This document shows positions 1 to 7,967 of a stretch of 23,234 bases of DNA, in pieces. The notes beneath the pieces are model-generated. The model had not been told where the DNA came from. It worked only from the letters and a program-made list of their open reading frames with translations, and ran no database searches. The position numbers and the translations under genes are program-made. How positions within the stretch are numbered: the stretch's first letter is position 1; every line of letters starts with the position of its first letter. This DNA comes from Candidatus Eiseniibacteriota bacterium (GTDB lineage Bacteria; Eisenbacteria; RBG-16-71-46): positions 1 to 23,234 of the forward strand of contig JANLWX010000026.1 in the NCBI GenBank assembly GCA_031364845.1, given 5' to 3'.

Positions 1-2
1 AG

Positions 3-110
3 CTGTTCGACTACATCGAGGTATTCTTCAACCAGCGTCGTCGGCACTCGACGATCGGCCAGGTCAGCCCCGCCGCGTTCGAGAAGGAGTGGGCGACTCA
101 GGCGGCGTAA
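3..110 (+). CDS. IS3-family transposase OrfB, C-terminal fragment (5' partial)
   Basis: Frame from position 3 reads LFDYIEVFFNQRRRHSTIGQVSPAAFEKEWATQAA*, matching the IS3 integrase-core end (YIEVFYNxxRRHSxLGxxSPxxFE). Too short for the supplied ORF track. Confidence 0.92.
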   Translation: MFDYIEVFFNQRRRHSTIGQVSPAAFEKEWATQAA

Positions 111-141
111 TCAAACCGTCCACGAAAGTGGGCCAAGCTCA
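111..141. repeat. Right terminal inverted repeat region of the IS3 element
   Basis: TCAAACCGTCCACGAAAGTGGGCCAAGCTCA directly follows the transposase stop and ends in CA. The partner left repeat is not in the window, so the inner boundary is approximate. Confidence 0.7.
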
Positions 142-371
142 CCCATGACCATGCCCATCTGCGGCGCCATCCCTCCGCGCTCCTCGCGAAGCCCGCGGCG
201 GATGTAGGAGTGCCCGTCCTCGTTGAGCTCGGGCAGACGGAAGTGGCACATCTGGCACTTGGCAGATTCGCGCCGTGCGAAAGCGGGTACCGCTTGAGAG
301 GTCCGGACTTGGAGAAGGGACGCGCCAACAACGAGGAGCAGCAGGCACAGAACGGCGATCGTCAGCTTCAT
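142..371 (-). pseudogene. 5' part of a secreted monoheme c-type cytochrome (Cyc2-like cytochrome-porin N-terminus), interrupted by IS3
   Basis: ATG at 371 with an AGAGGT RBS, signal peptide MKLTIAVLCLLLLVVGASLL, then AVPAFARRESAKCQMCHFRLPELNEDGHSYIRRG (PxFAR...CxxCH...PxL). The frame runs into the IS end at 141 and stops at 111-113. Confidence 0.75.
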
Positions 372-464
372 CGGTCTACCTCTACGCGCGGGGGCTCGCG
401 ACGCATGCGGACGGTCGCGCGTGCATCGTCCAGACGGCGCTCCGCCGGGTGCTTCTATAGTCAC

Positions 465-479
465 GCCAGATTCATGCCA
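465..479 (-). promoter_or_regulatory. Putative sigma54 (-24/-12) promoter for the cytochrome gene
   Basis: Minus strand TGGCATGAATCTGGC has GG-N10-GC spacing, close to consensus TGGCACG-N4-TTGC. It lies about 95 nt upstream of the ATG in the correct orientation. Confidence 0.5.
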
Positions 480-537
480 CCACGCTGATGTCGCAAGCTG
501 CCCACCAAAGCGCAAGCAACGCAAGTGATGGAAGCCG

Positions 538-550
538 CAAGCGTTTGATC
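538..550 (-). promoter_or_regulatory. IHF-like binding site
   Basis: Minus strand GATCAAACGCTTG versus consensus WATCAANNNNTTR (one mismatch), about 60 bp upstream of the putative -24 box. Confidence 0.4.
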
Positions 551-684
551 TGGGCCGCGATTGCGCTCCGGAAACAGCGCTGCAGACGGCGAAGCATGCA
601 CGCCCCTGGGAAGGATTTTCAAAGCGGTCACCGCGATGGTCTGGTGATCGGGCGAGATGGCGGGCCTGCGCGAACCCGAGTGCC

Positions 685-1314
685 TCAGCGTGCCGAACCC
701 CGCAACACACGGATCCACGCCACCTCGAGGAGGAACGGACCAGGCGTCCCGTCGGCCAGCAGGAACCCGACTGACGCGACGCGGCCGGGGTCCACTTGCC
801 CGGCCCCCGCCATTGGCCGCCCGAACGACGTCGCCTCGAAGCGCTCCAACGGGATGCGAACCTCGCTCCATTCGCTCCTGCGGGTCGGCATGGGCGCCCG
901 GTACGAGAAGGCCATCCTGCGCGATGGCGTGTAGAGATGCATTTGGTACTCGCGCCCGTCGCCGCGGACGCGGGCCGCGAGCGTATCCCCCGCCTGAAGG
1001 CCGAGCATCCGGCGACGGGAACGCACCGATGCGAATCCCCCGTTGTTCTCGAGCGAGAGCGTCCCCCGGAACTCGAGCGTCTGGCGGTCGGTGATTCGTA
1101 AGCGGCCGTCGGATACGCCACCCATCACGCCGTCGTTGACGGTCTGCCATTCTGCCGCGGCGGCGGACGACGGGAAGGCGAACAACGGCAACTCGAGCGT
1201 GCGCGCGATGGCCGGCCTCCCCAGGCAGACCACCAGTACCGCCGCGATCATCACGATCGCGATCGGCAGCCCCGCAGCATTCAGGACCGCTTCGGGAGCC
1301 ATCTTCTTCGTCAT
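685..1314 (-). CDS. CIA30 (complex I intermediate-associated protein 30) family protein with N-terminal hydrophobic/signal segment
   Basis: WQTVNDGVMGGVS, FRGTLSLENNGGFASVRS, RVRGDGREY and GPFLLEVAWI are typical CIA30 motifs. Start is uncertain (1362, 1314 or later). Confidence 0.88.
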   Translation of the reverse strand: MTKKMAPEAVLNAAGLPIAIVMIAAVLVVCLGRPAIARTLELPLFAFPSSAAAAEWQTVNDGVMGGVSDGRLRITDRQTLEFRGTLSLENNGGFASVRSRRRMLGLQAGDTLAARVRGDGREYQMHLYTPSRRMAFSYRAPMPTRRSEWSEVRIPLERFEATSFGRPMAGAGQVDPGRVASVGFLLADGTPGPFLLEVAWIRVLRGSAR

Positions 1315-1629
1315 GAGCGGGCTGAATGGATTCGTCCAGCTCTGAGTCTCCTGAGGCGTCATTGGTCAACGTATCCCTCGTGAGCGTCATTGCACGCACG
1401 ATTGAGAACACCCGCGGAGTGTCCGCGACGCGCACGGCATTGGACGCCGAAACACTCGAAGGGGTTCACACCAACACCTCACGGCACGTTCGGAAGCCGA
1501 GCGTCCCTAGAGTACTGTCGCGAGTGCAATGCCTTTTGTTCAAGGCGCCGGCCGGCTGAGCGCCAGGGGCCGCACACTCGGTGTGTCGCGGGGTTCGACG
1601 CGAGCCGCACAAAGCGTGGAGATCGAGAC

Positions 1630-2133
1630 ATGCGCGTCCCGGACGAAATCGCAGGCGAGGCAACCTCGGACCGCGGTTCGGGCGAGGACCTCGACAGGAT
1701 CATCAGACGGCTCCTCGATGGCCAGCTGTACGGCGTGCTATGCACGCAGGGCCAGGGGCAACCCTATGGTTCCCTGGTGGCCTACGCCATGTCCCCTGAA
1801 CTCGATTCAGCGGTCTTCGCGACACAGAAGGCCACGAGGAAGTATTCCCTGCTCTCGGAGTGCCCACACGTGGCGCTCGTTGTCGACAACCGATCGGCGC
1901 TTCCCGGTCAGCTCATGGACGTCGAAGCCGTGACGGCGACCGGCCACGCGCACGAAGTGGCGACGGGACCCGCGTTCGAGCAGTGGTCCCGGTTGCTCAT
2001 CGACCGGCACAGCTACCTCGACCCGTTCGTTCGCTCCGCGTCCTGCGGTCTCTTCCGCATCGACATTGTTCGGTACTTGCACGTCACCCGTTTTCAAGAG
2101 GTCCGCCAGTGGGTTCCAACCCGTCCTGCATAG
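1630..2133 (+). CDS. Pyridoxamine 5'-phosphate oxidase-like (flavin-binding split barrel) protein
   Basis: YGVLCTQGQGQPYGSLVAY, FATQKATRKY and PHVALVVDNR motifs. ATG at 1630 with upstream GGAG; 167 aa. Confidence 0.85.
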   Translation: MRVPDEIAGEATSDRGSGEDLDRIIRRLLDGQLYGVLCTQGQGQPYGSLVAYAMSPELDSAVFATQKATRKYSLLSECPHVALVVDNRSALPGQLMDVEAVTATGHAHEVATGPAFEQWSRLLIDRHSYLDPFVRSASCGLFRIDIVRYLHVTRFQEVRQWVPTRPA

Positions 2134-4361
2134 TTCCTCTGGCGGAAGCTGCGGGTGCTGGAGACGGGCTGGTTGGCGGCAAAGCGGCCACGCTCGGCGC
2201 ACTCATCCAGGCGGGATTCAGGGTTCCCCGAGGTTTCTGCATCACGACGCGAGCGTACGAGCAGTTCATCGCTGAGGCCGGCCTGACCCAGCACCTGGCG
2301 ATGGAGCTCGGACGTAAGCCCCTGGACGCGATGCGGTGGGAAGAGCTGTGGGACGCCGCGCTGCGGATCCGCTCCGCCTTCCTGCGAGCCGGTGTCCCAG
2401 ATGCCATCGCGGCCGAGATCCGCCAGGCGCTGGCGCAACACATCGGTGATGGCGCCGTTGCCGTTCGCTCGTCCGCGCCCGGGGAGGACTCGCAGGCGAT
2501 GTCCTTTGCCGGGCTCCACGAGTCCATCGTAGGGGTGAACGGTGATCGCGCCGTCCTCGATGCGGTGCGGACGGTGTGGGCCTCGCTGTGGTCGGATGCT
2601 GCGCTGCTCTATCGGCGCGAGCTATCGCTCGACCCGAACCGGAGCCGCATGGCGGTGCTCGTTCAGGCTGTGGAACTGGCGAATTGTTCAGGCGTGGCAT
2701 TTAACCGCGATCCGCGCAGTCCGGACGCCGACCGCGCCATGATCGAGGCCGTGCCCGGCCCGTGCGCTCTCCTGGTTGACGGTTCAGTGGACCCGGATCG
2801 CTGGATCCTGGTACGAACCTCGCGCGAGCTGGTCGAGTGGCGGCCCGGGCGCCGCGGATCGGACGTGGACGAACCGCTGCTGGACGCACGGGATCTGGAA
2901 CACTTGCTCGGCGTGCTCAGCCGGATCGAGACGTTGTTCGGGTGGCCGCCCGACGTCGAATGGATCGGTCGGTCGCCGGACACGGTGGTGCTCCAGGCCC
3001 GGCCCATCACGACCACGCGGCCGGACGCTGAAGACGAGCGCGGCTGGTACCTCACGCTGCGGCCGAATCTACGACGTCTCTCTGAACTCGCGTCCCGCGT
3101 CGCCGGCGAACTGATTCCCGCCCTCGAATTGGAAGGCATGCGTTTCGCCTCGCACGATCTCGCCGCATACACCGATGCTGAACTGGCCGCAGCACTGCTC
3201 GAGCGTTCCGAATCACTGCGCCGGTGGAAGGAGATCTACTGGGACGATTTCATTCCGTTGGCGCACGGGGTCCGCCAGCTTGGCCGGTACTACACCGATG
3301 CGGTGCGTCCAGGCGACCCGTACGAGTTCGTCGGACTGCTGAAGTCGGTCGACATGCTCGCATCGCGGCGCAACCTGGTCATGGCCGATCTCGCGGCAAC
3401 GCTGCGGGTGAATCCCGGACTGAGGCACGCCATCTCGGTCGCCCACGTCGCCATGGCTGTTGCCCACGCCAGGACGTGGCGACAGACGCTGGAGTCCGTG
3501 CGCGAGTGTCCGGGCGGCCCCGGGTTCCTCGACGCGTTTGATGCGTTGGCGTCCCAGTACATGGACGTCATGTACGGCGCCGAGCGGCTGCTGGATCGCC
3601 CGGATCTGCTGCTGCACACGCTGCTCGAACTTGCGGACGCCCTCCCCCGCGACGCTCGTCCTGCCGAGCCGCCTCTGGGCGCCGGTCGTGCCGAGTTGGA
3701 GGCACGCTTGTACAACGCCGTCGGCCCGGCACGCCGCGACGAGGTGGTTGAAGTGCTGCGGATCGGGTGTGTGAGCTGGCGTCTGCGCGACGACGACAAC
3801 CTGCTGCTCAGCCGCCTGGAGAGTCAGTTGAATCGCGCTGTGGCGATGGCAATCGACCGGCTGCGCGCTTCGGGCCGACTTCGGCAGGAGCCGCGGCGCA
3901 GTGACGAGATGGTGCGCGCCGTCGCCACGGCACTCGGAGATCCGGGAGCGGTGCTCGACCTGCCTGCCGCCACTCCAGCGGACGCCAAGGTCAGTATCCT
4001 TCCGCAGGACACCCCCCGACAGCTCATCGGTCAGCCGGCCTCGCCGGGTCTGGCAAGCGGCAGGGTCTGTCGCATCACGTCCGGCGAAGACATCGGGAGA
4101 TTCCGAGCCGGCAACGTTCTGGTGTGCGATGCGATTCAGCCGATGATGACCCACATGGTGCCGTTGGCGGCCGCCGTGGTGGAGCGGCGCGGCGGCATGT
4201 TGATCCACGGGGCCATCATCGCGCGTGAGATGGGGATTCCCTGTGTCAACGGAGTTGCGCGCGCAGTGGAACAGCTTCGCGATGGCGACCTGGTCACGGT
4301 GGATGGGTACCTGGGAATCGTCACGGTCGGCCCGCCGGAGTTCGACATGGAACTGACGTGA
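2109..4361 (+). CDS. PEP-utilizing enzyme: N-terminal PEP/pyruvate-binding ATP-grasp domain, central helical domain, C-terminal His swivel domain (rifamycin phosphotransferase-like architecture)
   Basis: VGGKAATLG, VPRGFCITT, AVRSSAPGEDSQAMSFAGLHES, VWASLWS, DVEW and LQARPITT at the N-terminus; ERRGGMLIHGAIIAREMGIPCV and VTVDGYLGIV at the C-terminus. Probable GTG start at 2109 after AGAGG, overlapping the upstream gene by 25 nt. Confidence 0.88.
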   Translation: MGSNPSCIVPLAEAAGAGDGLVGGKAATLGALIQAGFRVPRGFCITTRAYEQFIAEAGLTQHLAMELGRKPLDAMRWEELWDAALRIRSAFLRAGVPDAIAAEIRQALAQHIGDGAVAVRSSAPGEDSQAMSFAGLHESIVGVNGDRAVLDAVRTVWASLWSDAALLYRRELSLDPNRSRMAVLVQAVELANCSGVAFNRDPRSPDADRAMIEAVPGPCALLVDGSVDPDRWILVRTSRELVEWRPGRRGSDVDEPLLDARDLEHLLGVLSRIETLFGWPPDVEWIGRSPDTVVLQARPITTTRPDAEDERGWYLTLRPNLRRLSELASRVAGELIPALELEGMRFASHDLAAYTDAELAAALLERSESLRRWKEIYWDDFIPLAHGVRQLGRYYTDAVRPGDPYEFVGLLKSVDMLASRRNLVMADLAATLRVNPGLRHAISVAHVAMAVAHARTWRQTLESVRECPGGPGFLDAFDALASQYMDVMYGAERLLDRPDLLLHTLLELADALPRDARPAEPPLGAGRAELEARLYNAVGPARRDEVVEVLRIGCVSWRLRDDDNLLLSRLESQLNRAVAMAIDRLRASGRLRQEPRRSDEMVRAVATALGDPGAVLDLPAATPADAKVSILPQDTPRQLIGQPASPGLASGRVCRITSGEDIGRFRAGNVLVCDAIQPMMTHMVPLAAAVVERRGGMLIHGAIIAREMGIPCVNGVARAVEQLRDGDLVTVDGYLGIVTVGPPEFDMELT

Positions 4362-4496
4362 CCGCCTGCTCGCCCAACACTTTGGCCGTGACGCCGCTGT
4401 TCAGCGCGAAGCGTCTGGCGACGAGCGCACGGGAGCAGCCAGTCGTCGCGATGCCTCGGCTGGGGGCGAGTCGCGTGATGCAGAGTCCATCGCTGC

Positions 4497-5276
4497 TCAG
4501 AATCGGCACTCGATTCCCACCACGGCGTAATGGAGCCACGCGAACGTGTAGACCTCGTCCACGTCAGCGCCGCCCTCGACTGATCGGTAGCCGGCGGTCA
4601 CGGTCCAGGCATCACCGAGATCGCGGCCCAGCGTGAGCGCGACGTCCTCGGCGCGGCCCGGGCCGCCGGCCAGCGCGTCGGCATCGAGGCCCAGCCGCCA
4701 GCGCGGCGCGAATCGCCAGTCGCCCGCGACGTGCAGCAGCGGCACGAAGCCAAGGTCCTTCTTGCGGCTCGTGATGGCGCCCTGTCGGAGTTCGATCTTC
4801 GCGTCGCGTATCTTGCCGGTGAATCCCGTCCACCACGTCCAGCGCTCGCCCTCGTGCAGTTGGTAGCGGTAGGTGATCCGATACGAGTTGAACTGGTAGG
4901 TCGCCTCGACGGGCACGCCGGACGAATAGGTGGCGCCCGCAAAGTCGATTTGCTGGCCGGGCACGCCGGTCTCGGTGATCGAGAACGGCGCCACGAGCGC
5001 GCGCAGCGCGTGCCGCTCGCCGGTGCGCCACGTGAGGTAAGCGCGGGCCGCGGGCCACGACCCGGAACCTGCAAGGTCATAGAGCGAGAAGCGGGTGCCC
5101 GAGGCATCGTTCGGAATCTGCACATCGTTGAGGCTCTGCCACGCGGGGCCACCCTCGATCCGCACGGTAAGGCGTGGCGCCTGAGCGGCGCGTGCTGCTG
5201 GGGCGCGACAAACGACGGCGAGACAGACGGCGCTCAAAGCGATCGCGATCGCCACCGGAAATCGGACAGTGCTCAT
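4497..5276 (-). CDS. Secreted hypothetical protein, probable outer-membrane beta-barrel
   Basis: GGAGGAG RBS, signal peptide, alternating aromatic strands (YRITYRYQL, LHVAGDWRF, WTVTAGYR) and C-terminal Phe (VVGIECRF). Confidence 0.7.
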   Translation of the reverse strand: MSTVRFPVAIAIALSAVCLAVVCRAPAARAAQAPRLTVRIEGGPAWQSLNDVQIPNDASGTRFSLYDLAGSGSWPAARAYLTWRTGERHALRALVAPFSITETGVPGQQIDFAGATYSSGVPVEATYQFNSYRITYRYQLHEGERWTWWTGFTGKIRDAKIELRQGAITSRKKDLGFVPLLHVAGDWRFAPRWRLGLDADALAGGPGRAEDVALTLGRDLGDAWTVTAGYRSVEGGADVDEVYTFAWLHYAVVGIECRF

Positions 5277-5316
5277 GGTGCTCCTCCAACCAATGGCTTT
5301 CGCTCGGTCTCAAGCC

Positions 5317-5724
5317 CTATGCAAGCGGCGCGGACACGCCCAGCTTGAATCCGTCCAAGTCCTTGAACTGGAACATCCGGACACCCCACTCACGGTTCGC
5401 CGGCTCACTCAGCAACGCTCCGCCCGCGGCCTTGATCCGCGCAGCCGCAGCGTCGACATCCGCGAGATCCGCCACGTTGATCTGCAGATAGAAGCCCTGC
5501 CCCTTGATCCGATCCCAGCCCAGCTTGCCGTCGTCCTGATTGAGGACGATGCGGATATCTCCCGCTGCGACGACAGCGGCGACGACCTTCCCTTCGTGCG
5601 CGTACGTGTCGGCCACCACAAAGCCGACGGCGTCGCGGTAGAAGCGGATCGAGGCATCGAGGTCCTTGCAGGTGAGCGAGCAGCCCAGTTGGGTCGCGTG
5701 GAGTACGGCGGTTGTCGCGGGCAT
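5317..5724 (-). CDS. VOC family (glyoxalase/bleomycin resistance-like) protein
   Basis: LTCKDLDASIRFYRDAVGF, DVDAAAARIKAAGG and EPANREWGVRMFQFKDLDG motifs. ATG at 5724 with GGAGG RBS. Confidence 0.9.
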   Translation of the reverse strand: MPATTAVLHATQLGCSLTCKDLDASIRFYRDAVGFVVADTYAHEGKVVAAVVAAGDIRIVLNQDDGKLGWDRIKGQGFYLQINVADLADVDAAAARIKAAGGALLSEPANREWGVRMFQFKDLDGFKLGVSAPLA

Positions 5725-5972
5725 CGTTTCCTCCGGTGGTGTACTGGACGATCGAGAGAGGTGTTCAGGCGAGAACACGCAGTGTGCGGTGGTCGAGCGG
5801 ACGGCGAAAATGCGCGCCGCTGACTCGTGTGTTTCGCCGACGCCGCACATGCTCGCCCATCGCCTGCCGGCAGTGCAACGATGGAATCGACCAGTCGCTC
5901 GCGGACCGCATCGCAGCCGCGAAGATGGCGCTGCATGGGCATACCGCGCTTCACTTCCCCCCGGGCGAATCT

Positions 5973-6632
5973 CTAGGCGCGCCGCAGGCCGATGCTACGC
6001 AGGAACGCCATCCACCGCGGGTCCGCGTGCAGCGGATCGAGTTGAGGGGTGACCGGCGCGACCGAGAGCCCCGCATCATGTAACTCGAATGAGCGCTCGA
6101 GCCAGCGGAACGCATCGTCGTGCTCGCCCCTCACCGCATGGACGGTCGCGATCTGGCATCCCCAGTTCTCGCCCAGGGCAATCAATTCCTGCAGCGAGCG
6201 GTCCGATGCCTTCTTGTCGCCCTGCAAGTGCTGGAACGCACTCTCGCAGTAGAGCCGGTAGCCGTTCCTCATTTCGTTGCGCGTCGCCGCGGCGGCCTCT
6301 GCGGTCTTGCCCTGGTAGTGGAGCGCCCAGGCCAGTTGCGTCCAGCCGCTCGCAATGTCCGGACTCAGTTCCAGCGCGCGCCGATAGTGGTATTCAGCTT
6401 CGGCGTGGAGGCGTGCCCAGGACAGCACGCGCCCGCGGTTCATGATGGTCGCTGCGGAGATTGGATCGAGCGAGCGCGCGCGTTCACTCAGCGAGAGCGC
6501 CGCGCGCATATCGCCCAGGACGGCTTCGAAGTGGCTGAGCATCATGAGGATTCTGCCGTTGCCGGGCGCGAGAGCGCTGGCCTTGCGGATGGCTTCGTGT
6601 ACTCCAGGCCAGCGGAACTCGATCGGACCGAG
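5973..6632 (-). pseudogene. 5'-truncated duplicate of the TPR C-terminus of the kinase at 7968-10241 (could be translated as a 190-aa TPR protein from ATG 6545)
   Basis: Gap-free alignment to the kinase tail, 143/190 aa identical by hand count. Homology continues 29 codons upstream of the first ATG (LGPIEFRWPGVHEAIRKASALAPGNGRIL vs LGPVEFRWAEAHEAIRRASDLAPGNGSIL) and then ends. Confidence 0.8.
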
Positions 6633-6685
6633 TATCGCCTTCTTACCGAAACGTACCGCGAGAGCAGAACGATCCGCCCCTTGCT

Positions 6686-7621
6686 TCAGCCCGATACGAG
6701 TCGTTGCATCTCCGGGGGTTCTTCGCCGAGCCAGGCCGGGTTCTGCGCGGTGCCGTCGAAGAGCGAGGTTGTCTTGAATGGCTCGAACACGCCCTCGGCC
6801 GCGGCTGCGGCAGACTTCGCCAGCAACGGTTGGAGTTCGTGGTCGCTCATGGGGCGGAACGTACGCACGGCTTCGAGTGCCTGGTCGAGGATCTCCATGC
6901 TATCGATGCCGGTGATGACCACCGAAGTGGGTAGGTTCAACGCGTAGTGGAGACATTCGAGTGCCGTGACCGTGTTGGATTTGAGCAGGGCACCGCTCCC
7001 CAGGCTCTTCATTCCGAGGATGCCGATGCCTTGCCGAACCAACTCTGGAACTACCAGCTGTGAAAAGCTGCGATAGTGCGCGTCGAAGAGATTCAAGGGC
7101 AGTTGAACCGTGTCGAAATGAAAACCGCGCTGCGCGGCGATCTCGAGCATATAGAGGTGTATGCGCGGGTCTTTGTGGCCCGTGAAGCCGATGTAACGGA
7201 TCGTGCCGGCCTCCCGCGCCTCGATCAACGCGGCATGGGCCCCCTGCTCATGAAAGATCCGGTGCGGATCCTCGTAGCGGATGATTTCATGATGCTGGAC
7301 GAGATCGATGTGGTCCACGCCCAGCCGCTCAAGCGACTCCTGGAGTTGGCGGGATGCTTCCTTCTTCGAGCGGCCATCGATCTTCGTCATGAGGAAGGCC
7401 TTCTCGCGATATCCGTCGCGAAGCGCCTTTCCCATGCGGAGTTCGCTAGCCCCGTTGTTGTAGTCCCAGCAGTTGTCGAGAAAGTTGATGCCGCTGTCGA
7501 GGGCCGTGCGCACGATGCGGATGGCGAGGTCTTCGGCAATGTTTTCCAAGCCGAGATGCCAGCCTCCGACTCCAACGGCGGAGACCTTCTCTCCGGTACT
7601 TCCGAGCTCGCGATAGATCAT
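6686..7621 (-). CDS. Aldo/keto reductase
   Basis: MIYRELGSTGEKVSAVGVGG, GINFLDNCWDY, FLMTK, SLERLGVDHIDLVQHH and IRYIGFTGH; the Asp/Tyr/Lys/His catalytic pattern is present. Confidence 0.95.
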   Translation of the reverse strand: MIYRELGSTGEKVSAVGVGGWHLGLENIAEDLAIRIVRTALDSGINFLDNCWDYNNGASELRMGKALRDGYREKAFLMTKIDGRSKKEASRQLQESLERLGVDHIDLVQHHEIIRYEDPHRIFHEQGAHAALIEAREAGTIRYIGFTGHKDPRIHLYMLEIAAQRGFHFDTVQLPLNLFDAHYRSFSQLVVPELVRQGIGILGMKSLGSGALLKSNTVTALECLHYALNLPTSVVITGIDSMEILDQALEAVRTFRPMSDHELQPLLAKSAAAAAEGVFEPFKTTSLFDGTAQNPAWLGEEPPEMQRLVSG

Positions 7622-7628
7622 GGGTCGC

Positions 7629-7637
7629 AGTCTAGCA
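7629..7637 (-). promoter_or_regulatory. Extended -10 element, probable leaderless promoter of the aldo/keto reductase
   Basis: Minus strand TG-C-TAGACT, 7 nt, then ATG; no Shine-Dalgarno in between. Confidence 0.6.
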
Positions 7638-7813
7638 CCGCCCCGCCTCCTGGAACGCGATCAATCGCGCCTCGATCGCGTGAACCGAGAAGAACACTCG
7701 CGGGGTCGGTGGCGCGCCGCTCGCCTCGGGGGTTTATTACGGTCGAATGAGCGGCGACGACGGCTCCCGCATGACGCGGGTCGTGCTGGTCCGGTAGTAC
7801 GAGGCTATCGACG

Positions 7814-7845
7814 AACGGCGCGGCTGCTTCGGTGGCCGTGCCGTT
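7814..7845 (+). terminator. 14-bp stem-loop with cUUCGg tetraloop (terminator-like or sRNA hairpin)
   Basis: AACGGCGCGGCTGC-TTCG-GTGGCCGTGCCGTT pairs fully only on the + strand (three G-U pairs). The following U-tract is weak. Confidence 0.4.
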
Positions 7846-7854
7846 GCGTTGAGG

Positions 7855-7944
7855 GTCACGCCGCCTGCTTCTTCGGATAGACCTCGCCATCATTCCGAAA
7901 GGGCCGCGGTCCGATCACGCCGCGCGAAACGCTGGCGGCGTGAC
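7855..7944. repeat. Nested inverted repeats downstream of the kinase
   Basis: GTCACGCCGCC (7855-7865) is the exact reverse complement of GGCGGCGTGAC (7934-7944). TCACGCCGC (7915-7923) can pair with the same arm. Confidence 0.55.
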
Positions 7945-7967
7945 GCCGGGCATCGCCTCTCGAGCCC

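Larger units (their letters stand above)
1..141 (+). mobile_element. IS3-family insertion sequence, right end (rest lies outside the window)
   Basis: Transposase C-terminus followed by an IS3-like terminal sequence ending ...GTCCACGAAAGTGGGCCAAGCTCA, with the terminal CA at 140-141. An unrelated interrupted gene begins immediately after. Confidence 0.88.

Noticed and set aside
372..1121. 336-aa ORF 111..1121 as one gene
   Set aside because: Its upstream part overlaps the CIA30 gene out of frame. Only the segment from ATG 371 has an RBS and recognisable motifs.
2109..4361. Calling the gene rph (rifampin resistance) or ppsA
   Set aside because: Domain order excludes PpsA. The central substrate domain cannot be matched to RPH by eye and the protein is shorter, so only the architecture is shared.
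4372..4470. GCCCAAC after the PEP-utilizer stop as an integron attC site
   Set aside because: No matching GTTRRRY end or paired L boxes, and no integrase or other cassettes.
6632..6725. Programmed -1 frameshift fusing the AKR to the TPR remnant (the TPR frame is open across the AKR stop and contains RIGLKQG, resembling the kinase end RIGLRRPG)
   Set aside because: No canonical slippery heptamer, open alternative frames are common at this GC content, the AKR is already complete, and the match is too short to be significant.
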